From: Octopus vulgaris
Lineage: Eukaryota
Reading direction: 5' to 3'
Assembly: GCA_951406725.2 (NCBI GenBank)
Contig: OX597822.1
Span: 74,710,001 to 74,774,000 of the forward strand
Length of the DNA stretch: 64,000 bases
The notes beneath the pieces are model-generated. The model was not told the DNA's origin. It did no database searches and worked only from the letters and a program-made list of their open reading frames with translations. Made by a program: the position numbers and the translations under genes. This document shows, piece after piece, positions 54,621 through 64,000 of the stretch (its first letter is position 1; each line of letters begins with the position of its first letter).

Positions 54621-54944
54621 CTGCAAGAAGCATAAATTGTGTGAAACAAGTATTACAGACATGGTATATCAAATTGCATTGTATTGCTGTTGCAATGTAT
54701 ATTTTTATTAAATCAGGTTAAACCATATTGAACCATTACATATATACATGTATAACCATGATCACCGTGACCGACCAGGCTATCAGATGTTGCTACACAT
54801 CGCTGGTCTCAATGTGCTTTGCATTGTTTTAGCTTTCAAATGACGCTACCCCACTGGCTAAGCGAGCAGGCCAACAGAAGAAAGAGTGAGAGAAAGTTGT
54901 GGTGAAAGAGTACCGCAGGGATCACCCCCACCCCCTGCCATATA

Positions 54945-54988
<44 letters not shown>

Positions 54989-55089
54989 AATATATATAAA
55001 CATATATGCACACATAAGTATGTATGTGTGTGTGTATACATACATACATACACACAAACACAAACACACACATACATGTGTGTGTGTGT

Positions 55090-55400
55090 GGAAGATCCTG
55101 GAAAGTCTGACACACAACTTTGGGATTGAAAGCCATGCCAATCACCAGAGTGGGTGCCACTGCTGAGTACCAAAAATCTTACCCTTCTGTCCAGTGTAAG
55201 GAACCAATACTGTAACAGTTTAGAGTTCAAAGGTCCACAGCTTTTCAACCCTTTTCCAAAAGGCTTCATAGATCCACGAGCAGTAGATACGAATGTGGTC
55301 AAAGATCAATTAGACAAGAAATACAAAGAACGGCATCTCTGACTGACTAATTACTTCACCAGGACAGATTCCTGAAATAGGACTGGAAAACATGTCTAAG
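55090..55400 (+). mobile_element. CR1/L2-like LINE 3' fragment
   Basis: SVRNQYCNSLEFKGPQLFNPFPK...DQLDK resembles a LINE ORF2 C-terminus. Confidence 0.5.
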
Positions 55401-55519
55401 ATAAGCAGGCATTAATGCCAGGGGTGGTACTCCAACATGGTCACAACCCTTGACTGAAATCAATAATAAAATAATTGAAAATACACAATGTGTATCATTA
55501 AACAATGATGATGATGATG

Positions 55520-55581
<62 letters not shown>

Positions 55582-55755
55582 TTATACATACACACACATA
55601 TATATATATACATACATACACTTAAACGTACATATATATGTCTACTTTAACCAGTAACATCTCATTTAATACTAAGTCAGTACATTTCTAATAATGATAT
55701 AACCCTAAAACCAAATATCTATACATCAATTTCCATGTAAATTCTAATACTTTAC

Positions 55756-55900
55756 CTGTATCCAAGCATCTGACAGATCACCTGGGCATTTTCTTCTCGC
55801 CAGCTGTCATCACAGACAGTTCCCCAGGAGTTGTTGTAGAATACCTCCACCCGACCTTCAGAGGGAATTTGACCATCCACAAGTTTTACAGAAATGTTAC
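55756..55900 (-). CDS. SRCR domain 3 N-half exon
   Basis: 145 nt, [47 protein letters not shown]. Confidence 0.95.
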
Positions 55901-57372
55901 CTAAATTAAAAACAAGAGACTATGTTAAGATCATGCGTGGCTAGTAGGCTTAAATCATTGATAAGTTTAACATCACCATCTTACTTATGGTGAGTGCATT
56001 TAGCAGGGTTTTATGCTGTTGCATCCTATTCTTCTATATGTCTGTGAGCACCAACCATGGCACCTGAACACCAACCAAGGAAAAACTGGATGCTTTTGAT
56101 TGGAGATGCCTCCTGAAAATACTAGGTACGAAATAGGAATACTTTATTAGGAACGAGCTCAGAAGATGAGCTGACCAATGCCCAGTTTACATCACCAGCT
56201 GCAAGCACCAAATGAATTGACTGAAACATGTTGTAAAACCATAGACGAACAGTCTTATAGTTCTTAAGTGTTGCCCTAAGAGGCAACGACACAGGGGATG
56301 ATGATCTGAGTCTAGGCGATCGACAGGGACCTTCAACTGGAATGATGCACGATGGAATGATGAACTGAGGGTGGTTGCTGACCGACCTTGCTGGAGTACT
56401 TTGACTGCTTCGTATGTCATTCGATGCGGAGGCACCTAAGTAAATTCTGTTCCAAGCATTTTGGCTGTGGGACCATTCTGAAGATAGGTTTCAAAGTCCT
56501 CACAAAATGTTATGGGCACCACTGTTTCTCCCAAGATTAAACAATAACAAAAAATACTGAAGACTACTAGAGTTCCGTAAATGATAATAGCTTCCTTTGT
56601 GAAAGTGCATGGTTCAATGGTTAGAATGTTAGGCTCACGATCACAAGGTCATGAGTTCAATTCCCGGTGATGCTTTGTGTCCTTGAGCAAGACACTTTAT
56701 TTCACATTGCTCCAGTCCACTCAACAAGTAAAAATGAGTAGTACCTGTATTTCAAAGGCCCAGTCTTGTCACATTCTGTGTCACACAGAATCTTCCTGAG
56801 AACTATGTTAAGGGTATGCATATCTGTGGACTGCTCAACCACTTTCATGTTAAATTCACATCATGTAGTTCTGTTGATCAAACCAATGGAACACTCATCA
56901 TTGTAACTGACAGAGTATCAGTTATTACCAGTTTTCTTTATACAACTATTAAACAAAACGTGATGGGAAACAAATAAATAATCCTTTCTACTGGAGGCAC
57001 GAGGTCTGAAATTTGATGGGAGGAGACTAGTTGATTTACATCGACCCCAGTATTTCAATGGTACTTACTTTATCGACCCCTAAAGGATGAAAGGCAAAGT
57101 CAACCTTAATGGAATTTGAACTCAGAACGTAGTGGCAGACAAAATGCTGCTAAGCATTTTGTCCAGCATGCTAACAGTTCTGCCAACTCGTGACCTTATC
57201 TTATCGTCCAACATGTTATGCCCATCACATAAATTAGTTTGATAATTGAGCTCTGATTGGCTGTATGCAATTGAGTTCATAACTGGGGGTCCAGAACTCT
57301 CGTGGGAAAAAAAAATTTGCTGCCAGCTCGCCGTCTCAAACAGGGAAATGAATAAATAATAGTGATACATAC

Positions 57373-57530
57373 GACAATATAACTCTGCTGCCTCGTATGA
57401 GCATTCATATCCCCAATCCGAGTGCTTGCATTCAGTGATGGATTTTTCTTTGCCAGTGCATTCAACTTCCCCCAGCCACATATGTTCTGATGCTAGTTTG
57501 ATTTTCTTCTTATTTTTCACACTGGCATCA
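57373..57530 (-). CDS. SRCR domain 2 C-half exon
   Basis: 158 nt, DASVKNKKKIKLASEHMWLGEVECTGKEKSITECKHSDWGYECSYEAAELYC. Confidence 0.92.
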
Positions 57531-58529
57531 CTACAGAGAGATAACAGACAATGGCATTAACATCATTAACGCGTACAAAACAATAATTGTCTCATGACTA
57601 AACACAACATTTTATCGTTCTTTTATCTTTCACTTTTTTCAATTATTTGACTGCAGCCAAGAGTTTTAGCCGAATAAATCAATCCCAGCACCTTATTTTC
57701 TCTTTTAAGCCTCGTACTTATTCTGTTGGTCTCTTTTGCAGCACCACTAAGTTACGGCGCGTAAGCAAACCAGCACTGTCGTCAAGCAGTGGTGAGTGAC
57801 ATACACATACACAAAGGCACATGCACATAGATATCTACACACACACACATAGGCTTCTTTCACACATAGGTGATAGGCTTCTTTCAGTTTCCTTATTTCT
57901 TTATTGCCCACAAGGGGCTAAACATAGAAGGGACAAACAAAGACAGACAAAGGGATTAGGTCGATTACATCGACCCCAGTGTGTAACCGGTACTTAATTT
58001 ATTGACCCCTAAAAAGATGAGAGGCAAAGTCTACCTCAGCGGAATTTGAACTCAAAATGTAACAGCAGACAAAATAACGCTAAGCATTTTGCCCAGTGTG
58101 CTAACGTTTTTGCCATCTCGCCACCTTCTTTCAGTTTCCACCAACCAAATCCACTCACGAGGCTTTGATCGACCTAGGGCTATAGTCCAAGAAACCATGC
58201 AGTGGAACTGAGCCATGAACCATGTGATTGGAAAGTAAGCTTCTTACCACACAGCCACACCTGCACTGGTTTTGCAAGGAACTTGGTGTAGTTTTCAATA
58301 TACTACTGGTACTGTAATATTTGTTTCAGTCATTGTACTGCGACCAGGCTGGGGCACTGCCTTGAAGGATTTAGTCAAACAAATTGACCCCAGTGCTTAT
58401 TTTTTTTTATGCCTGGTACTTATTCTCTCAGTAGGGACATAAACAAACCAACAACAGTTGTGAAGCGGTTGCAGCAAACACAAGCATGAAGAAGTCATAC
58501 ACACATACATATATACATATATATATATG

Positions 58530-58603
<74 letters not shown>

Positions 58604-58627
58604 GTGTGTGTGTGTGTATGTGTGTAT

Positions 58628-58831
58628 GGCTTTTTTCAACAAATTTTATTCAACAAAAACACTAACAATATGTAACAAAAACATCTTTAAATGATTATTC
58701 CGGAGCATATTCACCATTTACTTCAATTACTGCTTCCCATTTGCTTGGCAGACGGTCAAACTGTCATTTAAAGATGTTTTTGTTAAACATTGCTATTGTT
58801 TTTATTGAATAAAATTTGTTGAAAAAAAGCC
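58628..58831. repeat. Inverted repeat, ~67-bp arms
   Basis: 58628-58694 versus 58764-58831, inserted in the microsatellite of a SINE. Confidence 0.88.
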
Positions 58832-59073
58832 GCAGTAATTATGCACCAACCCAATATAAATTTATATATACACATGATTGGCTTCCATACAGTTTCCTCT
58901 CAACCAAGGTTACTCACAAGAGATTGGTCAGATTGGGGCTATAGTGGAAGACATTTGCCCAAGGGGCTGTGCAGTGAAACTGAACTCAAGACCACATAGT
59001 TGCAAAGTAAGCCTCTTAACCATGCAGCCATACCTGAGCCTGTTCAATAGTCCAATTAAAAGAATTTACTTAC

Positions 59074-59218
59074 TTGTAACCCAACATTCGACATATTACA
59101 AGGGCATCGTTGCGATCCCATTTTTCAGAGCAGATCGTTCCCCAGACTCCGCTGTACAGCAACTCAACATAACCACTTGCCTTATTGGGTCCATCGACAA
59201 TTCTAACGCTGATGTTTC
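59074..59218 (-). CDS. SRCR domain 2 N-half exon
   Basis: 145 nt, [47 protein letters not shown]. Confidence 0.95.
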
Positions 59219-60516
59219 CTGTACACAACGACAACATGAAAGATTGTGAGACAAATACACACAGATATATAGACATACAGATGGACAGACCGTTAAAACT
59301 ACACTACATTGTCTGTCTGTCTCTTGCCCAATCTCTTTCTCTCACACACATGTAATTAGTAAACGGCTAATAACTGCACATATTCATGTGTTTTACTCAC
59401 TGCAATGGCATAAATGAGGTACAGTTAATCATACTTGTCTCAAAGCTTAATGTATCCAAAACTGAGTAGAGAAAAAATAAGTCGTCAGATTGTGATGGCG
59501 GGAGTTTTAAAGTGTGAAGAATCAAAGACATAAAAAACATAGAAAAGACGAGAATGGAAAAGTTTATGTAACAAAAGAAAACGTTAAGATTAATACATTA
59601 AATAAGGTGGTGAGTTGGTAGAATCGTTAGCACGCCACAGAAAATGCTTATCGGCATTTTGTCTGTCTTTACGTTCTGAGTTCAAATAAGTACCAGTTTT
59701 GCACTGCGGTTGATGTAATCGACTAGCCCCTCTCCTCAAAAATTTCAGCCCTTGTACCTAGAGTAGAAAGGAGGGATAAGTTGATTACATCGACTCCTGT
59801 GTTCCACTGGTACTTATTTTATCGACCCTGAAAGGATGAAAGGCAAAGTCAACTACGATGGAATTTGAACTCAGAACGTGAAGACAGATGAAATGCTGTT
59901 AAGCATTTTGCCCAGTGCTTTAATGATTCTGCAATCTCGCTGCTCATTTATGATGTAAATATTATTCTTTTCTACTCTAGGCACAAGGCCTGAAATTTTG
60001 GGGGAGGGGACCAGTTGATTAAATCAACCCCTGTACGCAACTGATACTTAATTTATCGACCCCCGAAAGGATGAAAGGTAAAGTCGACCTTGGCGCAATT
60101 TGAACTCAGAATGTAAAGACAGACGAAATGCAGCTAAGCATTTCATCCGGGGTGCTAAAGTTTCTGCCAGCTCGTCACCCTTAATAGAAGTGGAAGAATA
60201 TTCTTTTCTACTCTAGGCACAAGGCCTGAAATTTTTGGGGAAGGGGCCAGTTGATTAGATCTTCTCAGTACGCAACTGGTACTTAATTTATCAACCCCGA
60301 AAAGATGAAAGGTAAAGTCAACCATGACGGCATTTGAACTCAGATCTCGAAGACAGACGAAATGCCACTAAGCATTTTGCCAAGCATGTTAACGATTCTG
60401 CCAGCTCGACATCCTATTTATGACGTCAATATTATTATGTTGCATTTTTATTAATCTTGTGTTAACTTTTTTATGTTGTTGAGAGAAGAGAAAAATAAGA
60501 AAAAAATCATACTCAC

Positions 60517-60674
60517 GGCAATATATTGCGGCGTAACCGTTGGGACATTTGTCTTTCTGCTGAGTAGTCATCTCACAGTCTACGATAGATTTCTCTTTGC
60601 CTGAGCATTTCACATCGTCAAGCCACACTGCTGTCTCGTTGACCTCATTAGGATAAGTATATATACCACCATCA
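60517..60674 (-). CDS. SRCR domain 1 C-half exon
   Basis: 158 nt, DGGIYTYPNEVNETAVWLDDVKCSGKEKSIVDC...CPNGYAAIYC. Confidence 0.92.
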
Positions 60675-61076
60675 CTGGAATAAGAGATGGTATGATAAAG
60701 GGCTATGCAACAACAACTGCAACGGCAGTAGCAGCAATGACTGACCGTACACAAGACATTAAGGGAATGAGCTAAAGAAATAGCAGCCAAATATCCCTTA
60801 ACATCTTCTGTCTTGGAAGAGGAATGATGTGTTAGACATGTAATCATGGATGTACTCTTTACTCTTTTTCTCTTTTACTTGTATCAGTCATTTGACTGTG
60901 GCCATGCTGGAGCACTGCCTTTAGTCAAGCAAATCAACCCCAGAACTTATTCTTTGTAAGCCTAGTACTTATTCTATCGGTCTCTTTTGCCAAACTGCTA
61001 AGTTACGGGGAAGAAACACACCAGCATCGGTTGTCAAGCGATGTTGGGAGGGACAAACACAGACACACAAACATAT

Positions 61077-61122
<46 letters not shown>

Positions 61123-61132
61123 ACACACACAC

Positions 61133-61189
<57 letters not shown>

Positions 61190-61264
61190 TACATATATAT
61201 ATACACATATATACATATATATATACACATATATACATATATATACACATATATACATATATAT

Positions 61265-61305
<41 letters not shown>

Positions 61306-62670
61306 TACGATGGGCACCTTTCAGTTTCTGTCTACCAAGTCCACTCACAAGGCTTTGGTTGGCCTGAGGCTATATTGAGGCCTATATGCACACTCACACA
61401 CAAACACACACACACACATGCTCATATTGAGGCTTGTATGCCCACTCACACACAAATGTATATTAACTCCTTATAGCATAACCAGATGTTACAACATATG
61501 TCTTTTCTGATAAGACAAGAGTTGTAAGATCTGATTATGTTATAAGAAGTTAACAAAAACCAAATATCAATTTTTTGTAATATTAGAGGTTTTGCTTTTG
61601 TAGAATGCTATAATCACATGACCAAATCTTCCTTTGCCTGTCTTTCTACCCTGCCTATCTCTCTCTAGCGGTTAGGGTGTTACGTTCATGATCGTAAAAT
61701 CGTTGTTTTGATTCCTGGACCAGTGGTGCTCTGTGTTCTTTAGCAAAGTGCTTCATTTCACATAGTCCCAGTCCACTCAGCTGTAACAGACTGACATTTC
61801 ATTCAGGAGGAACGCGAAATGATGGCCCGGTTGTCTAGCCATTACAATTATTACATTTAGTTCTTCTATATCAAATATTTATTACATTAATAATTAATTC
61901 ATTGATATATTTATTTTGTTCTAATAGAAAGGACAAAAAAAAAAGAGAATTATTACAGTATCCGATTATGAATAATATCATCACTCCTGTATATTTAGTT
62001 GCTCTGCTGAGACCTTACATAAACGGTTAGTTTAATGTAGTTATAATTATACATACATACATACATACATACATACATACATACATACATACATACATAC
62101 ATACATGCATGCATGCAGAAACCCAGTGTCATTTTGATGGTATGTGCTGCTCTCTCATACTTGCTCTTTTACTCTTTTATTTGTTTCAGTCAGCAACCAT
62201 GCTAGAGCACTGCCTTTAGTCGAGCAAACTGATCCTAGGACTTAGTCTTTGTAAGCCTAGTACTTATTCTATAGGTTTCTTTTGCTGAGCTGCTAAGATA
62301 CAGGGATGCAAACACACCAGCATCGGTTGTCAAACGATGGAAGTGGACATCAACACAGACACTCAAATACACCCACCCACCCACACACACACACACATAT
62401 ATATATATGTATAATTTAATAATTATAATATATGCATACATACATATATGTACGTACCTACATCTACATGTATATATACATGCACATATATATATGTGTG
62501 TGTGAGTACAGGACACCACAAATAAACGTAGAACACAACGAGAAATGAAAACATAAAAACAACTAGGATACGGACTTTTTTTAACAACGAAAAAATAGAG
62601 TACAAGACAAACAATACAAGGAATATTCCCCTTCATCAGCTGTCCCTGGATCGACTCAATGCGTGTTTCG

Positions 62671-62737
<67 letters not shown>

Positions 62738-63476
62738 GATGAGCTTCTTTCAGTTTCCGTCTACCAAATCCACTCAAAAGGCTTTGGTCGGCCTGAGGCT
62801 ATAGTAGAAGACACTTGCCCAAGGTGCCACGCAGTGGGACTGAACCTGGAACCATGTGTCTGGTAAGCAGCTACTTACCACACAGCCACGTTGAATTATA
62901 TTTTTTTAGAAAAATTTATATTATACTGTGATTACTCAATACTTTATGCGAAAGACATATTTATTATTCTTTTACAAAAATACTGTTTGTAGTGACTTCG
63001 AAGTTTCAGGGTGTTTAGCTCTCATCAGAGTCTGATGAAGGATCAGCAGGCCGAAACATCGAACCCACTGTCAACACTATTCTTGCAAAAGAGTAATAAA
63101 TAAATACACTCACGGACATACACACACATATATATGGATACATATATACATACACACATATATGTAAATATATATGTGTGTGTATCTATCCCTGTACGTG
63201 CCTCCCCATCTTGATATCCTATGATAATTTTAAACGAGTTTTATATCATACAAGCAATATCATTCGTTTCTAATCTCTCATGAAAACGTATCTGACATGG
63301 AAATATATTAACTTGTTTAGAAACAAGCGAAAATTGGCGACAGGAAAAGCATCCGGCCATAAAAAAATCAAACCTCACCAAATTCCATCTGACCCATGCA
63401 TAGAAGGAAAAATGGACGCTAAAACGATGATGTATGCATGTATTTGTGCACATGCATGTGTGTGAAAATCACGTAC

Positions 63477-63621
63477 CTGTATCCCAGCATTCTACATACC
63501 ACCAAAGTTTCTTCAAAGCCCCAAGTGTCGTTGCAGATCTTTCCCCAATCACCATTGTAACGAAATTCAACGAGACCACTATCAGAAGAATCGCCATCAA
63601 TAAGTCTAATAGAAACGTCTC
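63477..63621 (-). CDS. Multi-SRCR protein, domain 1 (in window) N-half exon
   Basis: 145 nt, [51 protein letters not shown]. It has an acceptor, so the gene starts further upstream. Confidence 0.93.
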
Positions 63622-64000
63622 CTGTTGTTGAATAAGAAAGGTTTAATTATATTTAATATATAAGCATATAAGCGTGTGTGTGTGTGTGTGTCTATATATG
63701 TGCACACACACGTAACAAGAACAAGAATGAAGAAAATTACACCTTTAGCATATTTAGATATAGAAAAAACGTATAAAATTTGAGTCAAATTAATATATCT
63801 AAAAATATATGCTAGCACAATGTTATCAAGGTGATCAAAAATGGGCTAAATTCGAAGTGAACTAAGAAAATATCTTCAATAGATGGACGCATACAAGAAG
63901 AGCGTCAAGAAGAAATATAATATTCTAAGAAAAATCAGTTTAGTATTTAAATTTTGATGATCTCAGTAGATAATGAAAGAATAAAAAAATAAACAGAAAT

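Overview
AT-rich, microsatellite- and SINE-dense animal genomic DNA. The repeat families and (TA)n/(CA)n/(TACA)n load suggest an Octopus genome (inferred from sequence style, not searched). Two spliced genes lie tail to tail. (1) On +, the last 8 coding exons (1214-11070) of a receptor-type protein tyrosine phosphatase-like gene: the end of D1 plus a catalytically dead D2 domain. (2) On -, 21 coding exons (63621 to 20317) of a protein with at least 10 back-to-back 6-Cys (group A) SRCR domains. Each domain is split into a phase 1-2 exon and a phase 2-1 exon, and the protein ends in EYTT* with no transmembrane segment; its 5' end lies beyond the window. Introns and the intergenic gap hold SINEs, Tc1/mariner, piggyBac-like, hAT and Helitron remnants, and Penelope, RTE, HERO-like and CR1-like fragments. 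The main unannotated signal is a dispersed set of type I hammerhead ribozyme motifs with palindromic stem III (Penelope/retrozyme style). These include near-intact copies at 13339-13418(+) and 42411-42492(-), and a 404-bp element with 153-bp near-perfect inverted arms carrying a hammerhead on each strand (36895-37298). Most ORFs in the supplied track are microsatellite artefacts. Repeat boundaries are approximate; exon boundaries were counted by hand.
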